A DNA stretch of 64,000 nt from Clostridia bacterium (GTDB lineage Bacteria > Bacillota > Clostridia > Oscillospirales > CAG-272), in the NCBI GenBank assembly GCA_017456905.1, contig JAFTIL010000027.1, forward strand, positions 22,352-86,351. Reading direction: 5' to 3'. A model generated the notes under the pieces. That model was not told the origin of the DNA, searched no databases, and saw only the letters and a list, made by a program, of their open reading frames with translations. Below are positions 24,692-34,770 of this stretch, one piece after another. Made by a program: the position numbers and the translations under genes. Positions within the stretch are counted from its first letter, which is position 1, and the number at the start of each line of letters is the position of its first letter.

Positions 24692-26485
24692 TTAATCGAT
24701 GTTTTGCAGATAGTTAAATGTCTCAGGCAGAAGGTCCTCGGGAACGATCAGATTGATATAGAATTTTTCATTGGTTCCGGAAATCCGTCCGTTGATACCA
24801 AAGCTATAATAGCGATTTTGACCTTTGTCATTACCCTCGTATTCGTAATAGTAAGTACCGCGAAGCTTTTCTTTTTCTTCGGCGGATAAGGTATTGTACT
24901 CTTTAATAAGGACCTTATAGAAAGCCTTCAACTGAGCATCCAAGTCGAAGGTAACAGACTCTACGTACATATCATCCTCTAAATATTCCGCATGAACGTG
25001 CGTGAGCTCCTCCACCTCAGGCAGAGACCAGAACAGATCTTCGTCTATATGGATGGTGTTGATGTACTTGTAGCGTACCTCGCTGTATTCACTATCCGTG
25101 AAAGCAACGCGGCGGGTGACGGTCATGCCGTTTTTGAGTTTGAAATCAACCGTCATCCATTCGACACTATATTTTCCTGCGTATGGATCGTATTTACCTT
25201 GCCTCTTAAGGAAAGAGGAATAATCATCTAAGCGGTCACACTCCACGGTCTCCACAGCGTTTGAAACCATGATGCCGATCACTTCTTCGTCATAGGAAGC
25301 ACTGTCTTGAAGCAGGTACTGTTGATAATCGTCCCATTGTGCATTGGTCTCGTCAATGGAGACAGAAATGACGTCGGAGGGCTCGTCGGGCGTCATGCTG
25401 AAAACGGTCCATTCCACGGCGTGGTAAGCGCCTACGAAAAGGAAGCAGCAGATCACGGGAACAGGGAGAAGCAGGGTGGCCTTGCCAAAGCCCTTGAAAC
25501 GCTTGGTGGTGATAAGCTCGTAAAGGTAATACACCAACAGGGTCACAACGGCAAGCACCAGAAGCAGGGTGATCTCGGTTTTACCCTCCTCCATGATCTG
25601 GGCCATAGGAATGAGCAGAATGAAGGGAAGGGTAAAGAGGATGCGGAAGATGTGCTGTGCCATACGGTTGGGGGCGGTATTTCCCGCCATCTCACTCTTG
25701 CGGATTTTGTAGAAGAACCAGGCGACAACAAACAGAACCACAGTCACTACCAAAGAGTAGATGATGTTGGCAGGCGACTCAAAGGGGTTGAAATCAATAT
25801 ACCGACTGCCGTTGAGGGCATAGCTGAACATACCAAAGGGCAAAAACCAATCAAAGCCCAGATAGGGCAGATCCTGCGGATAGATGATATCCATGTTGGT
25901 GTCAATACAGCTTGACAGATAGAACATGATCAAGCGTGTAAACAGGGTGAACAGGGCAAACATCAGCATGGTGGTAGTGGGCGTACCCGTGAGGGAAAGC
26001 GCCAACATCATGATGGCCGAGATCTCAGCGGCGGCCAGCATACACATGAGCGTCAGCGTGATCAGTTCCCAAAATCTGAAGGTGGTAAAGGGATTGAGCG
26101 CCCAGATGATGCCCGCTGTGGCGGCAGAGGCGGCCATGATAAGAAAAACGAAGGTTAAAGCCGCCGCCGCAAAGCTGAGGTAAACGCAAGTGCGGGTGTA
26201 GGGGATGGCGTGGAAAAAGTCGGACTCTTTTCTCTTGTGTAAAAAGGAAAACAGCACAAGAAAGAAGAAGGGTGCCAAAAAGATCACGACATACAGAGGG
26301 AAGCAGAGCTGGTTCTGTTCAATCAGATCAACAGTTTCCTTGCTGAGCGGCGTGTCCATCCATTGAACGATGGGGATGAGAGCCGAGATGGTCATGGACA
26401 GAATAGCCACGGCCATGCCGATGACCTTGAGCCGCTTGAGACCTTCAAGGTACAAACGGATATTGAATAGCTTTGTGTTTAACAT
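24692..26485 (-). CDS. ABC-2-type permease-like membrane protein with a ~230-aa C-terminal soluble domain (paralogue 2)
   Basis: 597 aa. N-terminus LFNIRLYLEGLKRLKVIGMAVAILS, more than 6 TM segments and a hydrophilic tail. Same architecture, with many shared motifs, as the 26525 gene (FFHAIPYTRTC, YKIRKSEMAGNTAPN). Confidence 0.65.
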   Translation of the reverse strand: MLNTKLFNIRLYLEGLKRLKVIGMAVAILSMTISALIPIVQWMDTPLSKETVDLIEQNQLCFPLYVVIFLAPFFFLVLFSFLHKRKESDFFHAIPYTRTCVYLSFAAAALTFVFLIMAASAATAGIIWALNPFTTFRFWELITLTLMCMLAAAEISAIMMLALSLTGTPTTTMLMFALFTLFTRLIMFYLSSCIDTNMDIIYPQDLPYLGFDWFLPFGMFSYALNGSRYIDFNPFESPANIIYSLVVTVVLFVVAWFFYKIRKSEMAGNTAPNRMAQHIFRILFTLPFILLIPMAQIMEEGKTEITLLLVLAVVTLLVYYLYELITTKRFKGFGKATLLLPVPVICCFLFVGAYHAVEWTVFSMTPDEPSDVISVSIDETNAQWDDYQQYLLQDSASYDEEVIGIMVSNAVETVECDRLDDYSSFLKRQGKYDPYAGKYSVEWMTVDFKLKNGMTVTRRVAFTDSEYSEVRYKYINTIHIDEDLFWSLPEVEELTHVHAEYLEDDMYVESVTFDLDAQLKAFYKVLIKEYNTLSAEEKEKLRGTYYYEYEGNDKGQNRYYSFGINGRISGTNEKFYINLIVPEDLLPETFNYLQNID

Positions 26486-26524
26486 AACTTAGAGAAACCT
26501 CCTATAAAAATGAGTAGAGGCGGA

Positions 26525-28384
26525 TCATTGATCTGTTTCTGCATTTTGCTGTATGATCAGTTCTTCTAAAAGATCGCGTGTCTCATAGGTCTTGTCTGTG
26601 ATCAAAAAGATCGTACTTGATTTGCTATCGCCTCTGGTGATAGTGATATAGCCGTGAACAGACGCTTGCTCTCGGATCTGCCACTTGTTCAGACCTTGGT
26701 GTGCGGTCTGCTCTTTAAGGGTGAGAAGCTCGTATTCCTCAAGATAGGTTTTGATGAGAAGCTCTGACGCTATATGTAATCTATAACCATCGTTATTATT
26801 GTAAATGTCCGCGTTTCGGATTTCCTCTGCGCGAAGCGCCAGCATCTCGCTTTGCTTGAATTGGGGATTTTCGGCTTCAAGTCCTTCAGTGAAGTTGAAT
26901 TTAAAATCATTCAACTTATTTGTACCGAAGTAAATACGGCGTGTGATAGTGCGTCCGCCCTTCAAATGAATATCGAAGGTAAGCCAATGGGCATCCGTGA
27001 GAAGGGTGTTGGTCCAGTTCGTTCTGTCCCCGTATTGTGTCGCTTCCAATTGCTCGGCCACGATCTTGACAGCCTCGTGATCTGCTGAGGTCAGGTCATC
27101 CACACCGTCAAAGCATTCCGATAGATAAAGCATTTCATAGGTAGAATGATTCCCGTAAAGATCGGAAGGATCGGCCAAGGTCACGGACTTGATCTCGTCG
27201 GCCTCCACGTTTTCGTAAAGAAGATAGAGATCCACGCCCAATCTGACACCTCCGAAAAGGAGCACACCTGCCAGAACACCCAAAAGCCATGGAGTAGCTT
27301 TCGGGAGGCTTTTCAGCTTCTTGGTGGTCAGAAGCTCATAAATATAGTAGACAAGCAGAGTACACACCACAATGATCAAAATTTCAGTGGCGCTATCCCC
27401 AATAACGTAGATAAGCAGTGCCACGGGCAGGGCAAACAGACAGCGGAAGATATGTCCCAACAGCTTGTTGGGCGCTGTCTGTCCCGCCATCTCGCTCTTG
27501 CGGAGCTTGTAGATCACACCTGCAAGAACAAAAAGGGTCACCGTGACAAGAAGGGAATACAGGATATTGGAAAATTCCCAATAATCGGCGTAGCTGTCGT
27601 AATAGCGAGCCTCGGTCAAGGCGTTGCAGGCGCCTATGGGTAAAAACCAGGTGAGCTTAAAATAGGGAAGTTCATCCAGAGGATAGATATGATAACTCCA
27701 GAACTCTTCAAAAAGGTACAGAACATAGCGCCAGAAGGCAGAAAAGAAGCCGAAGAATACCACAGAAGAAGCAGTCGTGCCCGTCAGGGTGATGGCCAGC
27801 ATCATGATGCCCGACAGCATAGCCGAGCCCAGCATGGCCACCAAAGCCTGCAGGATAAGATCGGCAGCGTGAACCTCTGCGTAAGGATTGACCGTCCAGA
27901 GAATACCCGATACGGCAACGGAAAGGGAAATGATGGTAAACACAGCCGTCAGCCCCGCCGACAGAAAGCTGATATAAGTACAGGTACGGGTATAGGGGAT
28001 GGCGTGAAAAAAGTCACACTCCCGTCGCTTGTGCAGAAAACCGAATAACACCAGGAGAAAGAAGGGGGCGAGGAACATCACGCCGTAAATGGCAGGGACA
28101 ATCAGGGATTGCTCAATCCGATCAATATATACCTGCGGAGGGGGAGTGTTGACCTCTATATGAATGGTATTTCCGTCTTCATCAACGACATATCCATCGT
28201 CATATCCGTATACCCCATCGTACGTCGGTTGATATTCCGAATATTCGATCCAATGGGTCACGGGGATCAAGGCAGATATGACCACAGCAAGGATGAGCGT
28301 TGCCATGGCGATGACTTTCAGCCGCTTGAGTCCCTCGATATATAATCGGAAATTAAAAAAGTGAGTCGAGACGCGTTTTTTCAC
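26525..28384 (-). CDS. ABC-2-type permease-like membrane protein with C-terminal soluble domain (paralogue 1)
   Basis: I prefer GTG 28384 (AAGGAGG 7 nt upstream), 11 nt after the ATPase stop. FFNFRLYIEGLKRLKVIAMATLIL, FFHAIPYTRTC and YKLRKSEMAGQTAPN are shared with the paralogue. Confidence 0.65.
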   Translation of the reverse strand: MKKRVSTHFFNFRLYIEGLKRLKVIAMATLILAVVISALIPVTHWIEYSEYQPTYDGVYGYDDGYVVDEDGNTIHIEVNTPPPQVYIDRIEQSLIVPAIYGVMFLAPFFLLVLFGFLHKRRECDFFHAIPYTRTCTYISFLSAGLTAVFTIISLSVAVSGILWTVNPYAEVHAADLILQALVAMLGSAMLSGIMMLAITLTGTTASSVVFFGFFSAFWRYVLYLFEEFWSYHIYPLDELPYFKLTWFLPIGACNALTEARYYDSYADYWEFSNILYSLLVTVTLFVLAGVIYKLRKSEMAGQTAPNKLLGHIFRCLFALPVALLIYVIGDSATEILIIVVCTLLVYYIYELLTTKKLKSLPKATPWLLGVLAGVLLFGGVRLGVDLYLLYENVEADEIKSVTLADPSDLYGNHSTYEMLYLSECFDGVDDLTSADHEAVKIVAEQLEATQYGDRTNWTNTLLTDAHWLTFDIHLKGGRTITRRIYFGTNKLNDFKFNFTEGLEAENPQFKQSEMLALRAEEIRNADIYNNNDGYRLHIASELLIKTYLEEYELLTLKEQTAHQGLNKWQIREQASVHGYITITRGDSKSSTIFLITDKTYETRDLLEELIIQQNAETDQ

Positions 28385-28397
28385 GGTAACGCCTCCT

Positions 28398-29321
28398 TTA
28401 CATGAGAATGTCCTTAAAGGCGTAACCAAGAGCCTCCATTTCATAGATAAAGACTTCCTCAAGATTCAAGGGAAGGATATCCAGGAGCAGAGGATTCATA
28501 CAACGGATCTTTGCCTCCACAGCCTGCTTTTCACCGCGAACGATAAAGGAGCACACGCTACCCGTCTGGGTATAAGACAAGATCTCGATGCCCACGTTCT
28601 CAAACATGGTTTGAGAGAAGGGGGTGGAGAAGGCGGTCTGCACCTTGAAGAGAGAGGTCTTGAGGTTCTGAATATCAGATTCAAAAACGATACCGCCCTT
28701 GTGGAGCAGAGCCAACTGGTCACAGGTGTCCTCCAGCTCACGAAGGGAGTGAGAGGTGATGATGGTGGTGGTGCCGCGCTCCAGGACGTCGTTGTAGATG
28801 ACCTTCTTGACAAGGTTTCTCATGACGGGATCAAGGCCGTCGAAGGTCTCGTCAAAAAACAGATAATCGGGCATGGTGGACAGCGCAAGGATGGTGGCCG
28901 CCTGGCGCTTCATACCCTTGGAAAAGGTGTTGAGGTTGGCATCCTCGTCAAGGTCAAAGGTCTCGGTCAGGTTATAGTATCGCTCCCAGTTAAATTTCTG
29001 ATAAATGGCCTTATAGTAGTGAGCCATTTTCTTCATGGTGGACTGGGGGAGGAAATACAACTCGTCGGGAACGTAGACGATCTTATCCTTAGCCTCGGGA
29101 TTTTCCCAGACCGAGAGACCGTCGATGGTCATCTCACCGCTGTCAGCCTTGTAAACGCCCGTCAAAAGGCGAAGAAAGGTGGATTTACCTGCACCGTTAG
29201 ATCCAACGAGGCCATAGATGCAACCGCTGGGGATCTCGCAGGAAAGCTCGTTGAGGGCTATGTAAGGCTCCTTCATACCTGCGCTGAAAAAGCTTTTTGT
29301 CACTTTATTAGCTTTAATCAT
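28398..29321 (-). CDS. ABC transporter ATP-binding protein
   Basis: Walker A GSNGAGKST, signature FSKGMKRQ, Walker B LFFDETFDGLD, H-loop TSHS. Confidence 0.9.
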   Translation of the reverse strand: MIKANKVTKSFFSAGMKEPYIALNELSCEIPSGCIYGLVGSNGAGKSTFLRLLTGVYKADSGEMTIDGLSVWENPEAKDKIVYVPDELYFLPQSTMKKMAHYYKAIYQKFNWERYYNLTETFDLDEDANLNTFSKGMKRQAATILALSTMPDYLFFDETFDGLDPVMRNLVKKVIYNDVLERGTTTIITSHSLRELEDTCDQLALLHKGGIVFESDIQNLKTSLFKVQTAFSTPFSQTMFENVGIEILSYTQTGSVCSFIVRGEKQAVEAKIRCMNPLLLDILPLNLEEVFIYEMEALGYAFKDILM

Positions 29322-29746
29322 GTGTTGTTACCTCCGTTTTTCGTGTTGAATGAAGCGTTGGCATAAATGCCTTCGGGTGGATCCCCCGCGTAGACCTCGC
29401 TGACCGTTGCCAGCACGTCTCCTTTGGGAATTCCAGCCAGCCGAAGCTCGGCCGAAAGGGAACGTATCATCTCCAACTTTTCCATAGCGCGGGCGCGGAT
29501 GAGCTCAATGGCGTTGGGAGACACATAACAACCGCTACCCGGAGAAGGACAGATGATCCCGCGGCGGGTCAGTTCGGCGTAGCTTTTCTGAATGGTGTTG
29601 GGGTTGATGCTGAGAGTCACAGAAAGCTCACGCAAGGATGGCAAAACACTCCCTTGCGGAAAGATTCCAAGGAGGATATTCTTCTCAATACCGTCAATGA
29701 TTTGCTCATACACGGGCGTCGCAGAGAGCTTGTCGATAAATAACAT
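29318..29746 (-). CDS. GntR-family (YtrA-subfamily, short effector domain) transcriptional regulator
   Basis: PVYEQIIDGIEKNILLGIFPQGSVLPSLRELSVTLSINPNTIQKSYAELTRRGII is the GntR wHTH. 142 aa total. ATGA overlap with the ABC ATPase. Confidence 0.85.
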   Translation of the reverse strand: MLFIDKLSATPVYEQIIDGIEKNILLGIFPQGSVLPSLRELSVTLSINPNTIQKSYAELTRRGIICPSPGSGCYVSPNAIELIRARAMEKLEMIRSLSAELRLAGIPKGDVLATVSEVYAGDPPEGIYANASFNTKNGGNNT

Positions 29747-29809
29747 ATGTTATAAACTCCTTTCTGTGCAGAATTGCCCTAACTGCACTATTTGAAGTAG
29801 TACACTTTG

Positions 29810-29838
29810 AGTATAGCATATCATAGCCGTCATGTCAA
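29810..29838 (-). promoter_or_regulatory. promoter of the GntR-ABC operon
   Basis: Minus strand reads TTGACA, 17-nt spacer, TATACT. Coordinates are approximate. Confidence 0.4.
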
Positions 29839-29931
29839 GGCTTTTTGTAAAATTTAATAAATTTAATATTTCACCCCTATGACATAATCCGCAAGACACA
29901 GCCATATTCTGTGACAAGAGGTGATGTAATT

Positions 29932-31122
29932 ATGTCAAAGCTGATAAGAAAAATGTGTTGTCTTTGTCTTGCCGCCATTATGATGTGCCTGTCTCTGCCG
30001 GTAGTTTCAATCCAAGCCGAAGCACCGGTGCTGATATCCGAAAACGCGCCCACACAATCTGTAGACCTTGGGCTCAATTGTAAGAGCGCCGTGCTTATGG
30101 AGGCATCTACGGGCGAGGTGCTGTATCAGCACAATCCCACAGAAGCCATGCCTCCCGCGTCTGTGACTAAGATCATGACCCTGCTTTTGGTCATGGAGGC
30201 GATAGAGGCGGGAAAGTTATCCATGGATGATCTGATCACCGCCAGCGCCCACGCAGCGTCCATGGGCGGCTCTCAGATTTATCTGAAGGAAGGGGAACAG
30301 ATGACCACCCGTGACATGATCAAAAGCGTGGTCATTTCCTCGGCAAACGATGCTGCCGTGGCCCTCGCAGAACACGTGTCAGGGAGCGAAGAGGCCTTTG
30401 TAGATGCTATGAATAAGCGTGCCGTCGAGTTGGGCATGAAGAATACCCGTTTTGAGAACACCAACGGTTTGGATGACACAGCGATAAACCACGTGACCTC
30501 TGCCCTTGATATCGCCATCATGTCCCGTGCCCTGATTGAACATAAAGAAATATTAGAATACAGCTCTATTTGGATGGACACCATCCGAAACGGTGCCTTT
30601 GGGCTGACAAATACCAATCGTTTGGTACGTTTTTACCGCGGCTGTAACGGGCTGAAAACAGGCTCCACACAGAAAGCGGGGTTTTGCGTTTCCGTCACCG
30701 CCGAGCGGGATGGGATGACCCTCATCTGCGTCATCATGGGCGCTGAAAGCCGTGACATCCGAAACGCCGCCGCAACCCGCCTTTTGGACTGGGGCTTTGC
30801 CAATTACGGTCTTTATACCTGTGATGGAGAGATATTGGATAGCATGAAGGTCACAGGCGGCAAGCTGATGAAGATCGGGATCAGTTATCCTACCTTTACC
30901 TGCGTTATGTCAAAAGGAGATATTCCATCCGTTGAAAAGAAGATCAGTCTTCCCGAAAGCATAGCCGCGCCCGTTCGATGTGGGGAAGCAGTGGGCGAGG
31001 TGATTTTCACCAGTCACGGCAACGAGATTGGCCGCGTGGCCATCTCTGCCGCCGAAACCTCCGAAAAGATCAGCTTTTTGGGCGTTTTTCAACGAATTCT
31101 TGCTAAATTTCTTCTAATATGA
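29932..31122 (+). CDS. serine-type D-alanyl-D-alanine carboxypeptidase (DacF/DacB-like, second copy)
   Basis: SVTKIMT (SxxK), SSAND (SxN), KTGST (KTG), plus a signal peptide. ATG 29932 has AGAGGTGA upstream. Confidence 0.85.
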   Translation: MSKLIRKMCCLCLAAIMMCLSLPVVSIQAEAPVLISENAPTQSVDLGLNCKSAVLMEASTGEVLYQHNPTEAMPPASVTKIMTLLLVMEAIEAGKLSMDDLITASAHAASMGGSQIYLKEGEQMTTRDMIKSVVISSANDAAVALAEHVSGSEEAFVDAMNKRAVELGMKNTRFENTNGLDDTAINHVTSALDIAIMSRALIEHKEILEYSSIWMDTIRNGAFGLTNTNRLVRFYRGCNGLKTGSTQKAGFCVSVTAERDGMTLICVIMGAESRDIRNAAATRLLDWGFANYGLYTCDGEILDSMKVTGGKLMKIGISYPTFTCVMSKGDIPSVEKKISLPESIAAPVRCGEAVGEVIFTSHGNEIGRVAISAAETSEKISFLGVFQRILAKFLLI

Positions 31123-31679
31123 GTACCCATACCCTAAAAAGAATTGTCATGAATATTATCTGCACCTTGCTGACCGTCAGCCTCATTCTCCTTACCTGCG
31201 CCTGCAGTATGAAAAAGAACCCCCCCGCTTCTGCGGCAGAGGTGCTTTCCGCTATGCTGAAAGAGATAGATCCGCCTCACGGGCAAATCAGATCCTTGAC
31301 TGCGGAAAAGGAAACAGAGAAAATCCCCCCAGATCTTTTGGTTGCCTTGTATGGTTCAACTGCAGGAAAATGGTATGGGGTAGAAGAATATTCCATCGTT
31401 GATGACGGTGCCGTATATCTGTCGGAGGTCATGCATCCCTTTGAAATTGCGGTATTCCGTTGCGTAGACGAACGGGATGTCCGCGGCGGCATCGCTTCGG
31501 TCCTGGGCGTTTGCTCCACACGGTTGGACACCATTAAAAGTACTTGGCAGGGAAGTGATTATGAACCTTTGGTACAAAACGCCGTGGTCACTTATTGTAA
31601 CGGTTACGTGCTCCTTGTGGTAGCCGAAGATCCTGAGACTATGATCAGGGCTGCGACGAAAATCATCAAGTCATATTGA
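31119..31679 (+). CDS. lipoprotein, DUF4358-like
   Basis: Lipobox LLTCAC, with ATGA overlap to the upstream dac gene. The family call is from memory of the dac-adjacent DUF4358 genes in Clostridia. Confidence 0.5.
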   Translation: MSTHTLKRIVMNIICTLLTVSLILLTCACSMKKNPPASAAEVLSAMLKEIDPPHGQIRSLTAEKETEKIPPDLLVALYGSTAGKWYGVEEYSIVDDGAVYLSEVMHPFEIAVFRCVDERDVRGGIASVLGVCSTRLDTIKSTWQGSDYEPLVQNAVVTYCNGYVLLVVAEDPETMIRAATKIIKSY

Positions 31680-31680
31680 A

Positions 31681-31707
31681 AAAGTGGGTTTAAAAACCCA
31701 CTTTTTT
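31681..31707 (+). terminator. rho-independent terminator
   Basis: AAAGTGGGTTTaaaAACCCACTTTTTT. Confidence 0.75.
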
Positions 31708-31772
31708 CACGAAAGGACTATGAATATGTGGACAACACAAGGTTTTTGTGATATAATATGATCAATTCATGA

Positions 31773-32024
31773 ATGGAGTATAAGACTCTCTATATCGACG
31801 ACCTCTGCGTGGACGAAACTCTACGCGGACAGCATATTGGCAAAACTCTTTACAACTTCGTGGTCGGCTTTGCCAAAGAGAGCGGATGCTATAATCTGAC
31901 CCTCAACGTGTGGTCCTGTAACCAAAGCGCTATGCGTTTCTATGAAAAATGTGGCCTCAAGCCTCAAAAGGTGGGGTTGGAGTTGATTTTGGAAGAAGGC
32001 TCTCTTGATCCCGCTGTACGTTGA
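31773..32024 (+). pseudogene. N-terminally truncated GNAT acetyltransferase (83 aa; only motifs A/B remain)
   Basis: LYIDDLCVDETLRGQHIGKTLYNFVVGFAKESGCYNLTLNVWSCNQSAMRFYEKCGL is the C-terminal half of a GNAT fold. The ~70 N-terminal residues are absent and no upstream frame supplies them. Confidence 0.55.
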
Positions 32025-33108
32025 TCGCTTGTTCTACAAGCGCTTGTTCTACAAGCGCTTGGCGCAATGTGTTTACGATGACCAGCGCCTCGGAAGAAGC
32101 ATTCTGAATATTTGGATGAAGCACGTCTGACAGAGACAGACTCCCGTCCTCGTCGGGGTCGGCTCCCTCCGTCAGCCGTGCTTTTGTTTTATCTAATTCT
32201 CCCAAACGTAAGGTAACAAGGGTGCCATTCTGATCTAAGGAGAGCCACGTCACACCGAGATATAACGACGAACCGACAACACTTGAAAAGACACTTTCGT
32301 ATTGCAGTTCGCCATCCAATGATATTTCGTAGCCATGGTCAATACAGGAATGACCGTCGTGACAGGTATATCCGTGATATCCTAAACGCTCAAGGGCGAG
32401 ATCGCTCAGTAAAAATCTGCCATGAGTCAATAAGCCGTTTTCTTGAGACAGATCCCTCGTTACGTCCACATGATAATAAACACCATCTATTTTCACGTGA
32501 TTCCATGCATGGTCCATGGGCAGGGACGTGACCATATCCACCTCCAGATCCATACTTCTCCCCAATAACACATACATGAGAGAAAAAGCCTGACAAACAC
32601 CGTGGCCATCCGTCATCATCGTATAAATATCGTAATTTTCCAGGCCCTGGGGGCTATACGTATAGGATGCTGCCAAATGATCGTGGATAAGTAATGCCAG
32701 ATCCCCCTCACTCATGGATTCGTCACGCTTCAGCAGAAACGTATCTATATACGTTTTGATCTCCCGTCGTGCCGTTAATACTGCCTCGGGAGACATGGTG
32801 TACGCGGGGTAAAGGGCTGTGACAAAGCCTTGGGAATCAAAGGCATAAGATATCGTGGGCTTGACGTAAAACAATTGGGGTTGTGTTTCCAAAAGTTCTT
32901 GATAAAGCCTGACCGCCTCCTTGGATGTCATGGGATGATCTGTTAGCGAGATACTGTCGCGGACAGCTTCCAACGCGTGCAGAACGTATGCTTTGGTATC
33001 AAAAGAAGTATCCACTGTCATCGTATCATCCCCAAAGCAGGGAAGCGGCCAATTAAAGATAACGGTTAGACATATAAAAAAGGATAAAATACGGCATTTC
33101 ATAAGCAC
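31957..33108 (-). CDS. secreted transglutaminase-like cysteine protease-fold protein
   Basis: Signal peptide, then a Cys-His-Asp arrangement: HGVCQAFSLMYVLL...MDHAWNHVKIDGVYYHVDVTRD. The C-terminus carries an in-frame ALVEQ duplication. Confidence 0.6.
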   Translation of the reverse strand: MLMKCRILSFFICLTVIFNWPLPCFGDDTMTVDTSFDTKAYVLHALEAVRDSISLTDHPMTSKEAVRLYQELLETQPQLFYVKPTISYAFDSQGFVTALYPAYTMSPEAVLTARREIKTYIDTFLLKRDESMSEGDLALLIHDHLAASYTYSPQGLENYDIYTMMTDGHGVCQAFSLMYVLLGRSMDLEVDMVTSLPMDHAWNHVKIDGVYYHVDVTRDLSQENGLLTHGRFLLSDLALERLGYHGYTCHDGHSCIDHGYEISLDGELQYESVFSSVVGSSLYLGVTWLSLDQNGTLVTLRLGELDKTKARLTEGADPDEDGSLSLSDVLHPNIQNASSEALVIVNTLRQALVEQALVEQAINVQRDQESLLPKSTPTPPFEA

Positions 33109-33184
33109 CTCCCTTGATAATATATGAAGGCAGTGCTTGTCTACATACCGTAAAGCGCTTATCTCTGCATTTCATGTTTTTCTC

Positions 33185-33213
33185 TTGACTTTTTTAGGGA
33201 AATGATTTATAAT
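33185..33213 (+). promoter_or_regulatory. consensus promoter for the CPBP-tadA pair
   Basis: TTGACT, 17-nt spacer, TATAAT. Confidence 0.5.
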
Positions 33214-33250
33214 GTTGTCATAGAAATCCACAAAGCAGAAAGGAGACCGT

Positions 33251-34279
33251 ATGCCGTCACTTTCTAATGAAACCGCATTACGAAGCCAAGTCAATCGTTT
33301 GGGATGGGCCCTGTGCATCATGGTGGCATCCACTCTTGTATTTGGTGAGATCAGCCTCCTGGTCAATCAGATCCTCTGGAACATAGGAAGCGAAAAACTG
33401 TCTGTGGCCATGGGCGCCCTCAGTGATACCATCTGTTATTTGGGCTATTTCTTGGTGCCCGCATGGTTTTTCTATGCTATTTCCAAGAAAAAAGTCACCG
33501 AGCCTGTCAAATTCGTCCCTAAATTCAATCGCTACGTGCCGCTTATGATCTTTGCGAGCATTGGCATCGTGTTATCTACCGCGGTTCTCAACGATTGGTT
33601 CTGCGAGTTCATCGGCTATCAACTTCCGGAAGACGATTATTCGCAGTACATGAGCGATCCCGAGCTGGTGGCTTTGTTTATGACCATGTCCTTAGCCCCC
33701 GCCTTTGCCGAAGAACTTTTTTTCAGAGGCGTGATCTATACGAATCTGCGCCCCTACGGCAAAGTCCTTGCCATTCTCGTCAGCTCCGTGGCCTTTGGCC
33801 TGATGCACCAAAACGTTGGTCAGTTTTTCTATACAACGATCGCCGGCATCGTTATGGCGCTTGCGTACGAAGCAACGGGATCGATTTGGACCAGCGTTTT
33901 CATTCATATGTTCAACAATCTATTTGCCGTATTCCAGACGTCTGTGATCTATCGATACGATGAGACGAGCGCCGCCGTTATCATTTATCTCTCCCACGCT
34001 GTCGTTATCTTTATCGGTATCATGAGTGCTGTTTTGTTGCTTTGCGTTCAACGCAAGCAGGAACGGCATCAAAGGGAAGTAACGGAAAAGTATCCTTCAC
34101 AGGGTGTTTTCGGAGCCGCTCGTTCTGAAAACGGTTTTTCAAGTGATGAAGCTATCCCGTTTAGTCGGTCGATCCGTATCGTTATGAAATCTCCCGCCAT
34201 GATCACGTTTACGGCTATATCCGTAGCGATCATGCTCCTGCTTGCTCTGATGTTCTCGGGAGGAGGGACCATCGCATGA
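33251..34279 (+). CDS. CPBP (CAAX/Abi) family intramembrane glutamic endopeptidase
   Basis: Motif 1 EELFFRG, motif 2 FGLMHQN, motif 3 HMFNN, spread over multiple TM segments. Confidence 0.8.
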   Translation: MPSLSNETALRSQVNRLGWALCIMVASTLVFGEISLLVNQILWNIGSEKLSVAMGALSDTICYLGYFLVPAWFFYAISKKKVTEPVKFVPKFNRYVPLMIFASIGIVLSTAVLNDWFCEFIGYQLPEDDYSQYMSDPELVALFMTMSLAPAFAEELFFRGVIYTNLRPYGKVLAILVSSVAFGLMHQNVGQFFYTTIAGIVMALAYEATGSIWTSVFIHMFNNLFAVFQTSVIYRYDETSAAVIIYLSHAVVIFIGIMSAVLLLCVQRKQERHQREVTEKYPSQGVFGAARSENGFSSDEAIPFSRSIRIVMKSPAMITFTAISVAIMLLLALMFSGGGTIA

Positions 34280-34770
34280 CAATGGATTTTACCTCCTTCG
34301 ACCTGGATATGATGGGCGAAGCCTTAAAGGAAGCCGATAAGGCCGCCGAACACGGCGATGTACCCGTGGGTGCCGTTTTAGTGGACCAACGTACGGGACA
34401 GATCATTGCCTCGGGACATAATACACGCGAAAAAGAGGGAAGCGCTCTTGGCCACGCGGAGATCTCAGCGATCCAAACGGCTTGCAATATCAAAGGCACC
34501 TGGCGATTATCGGATTGTACCTTGTACGTAACGCTGGAGCCTTGTCCCATGTGTGCAGGCGCCATTATGGCCGCCAGGATCCCAAGGATCGTCTGTGGAG
34601 CCAAGGATGCTGTGGCCGGCGCCATGGGAAGTGTTTGGTCTCTTCATACCCATCCTGTAAATTCTCATCACACGAGTATCAGTTTTGGATGTTTGGAAGA
34701 AGAAGGATCGCAAAAGCTTCGCAAGTTTTTTCAAGAAAAGCGATCAGAATCTCAAGACGGGAAGTGCTGA
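34276..34770 (+). CDS. tadA: tRNA-specific adenosine deaminase
   Basis: HAEISAI and PCPMCAGA zinc-binding motifs. 164 aa. Confidence 0.9.
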   Translation: MTMDFTSFDLDMMGEALKEADKAAEHGDVPVGAVLVDQRTGQIIASGHNTREKEGSALGHAEISAIQTACNIKGTWRLSDCTLYVTLEPCPMCAGAIMAARIPRIVCGAKDAVAGAMGSVWSLHTHPVNSHHTSISFGCLEEEGSQKLRKFFQEKRSESQDGKC

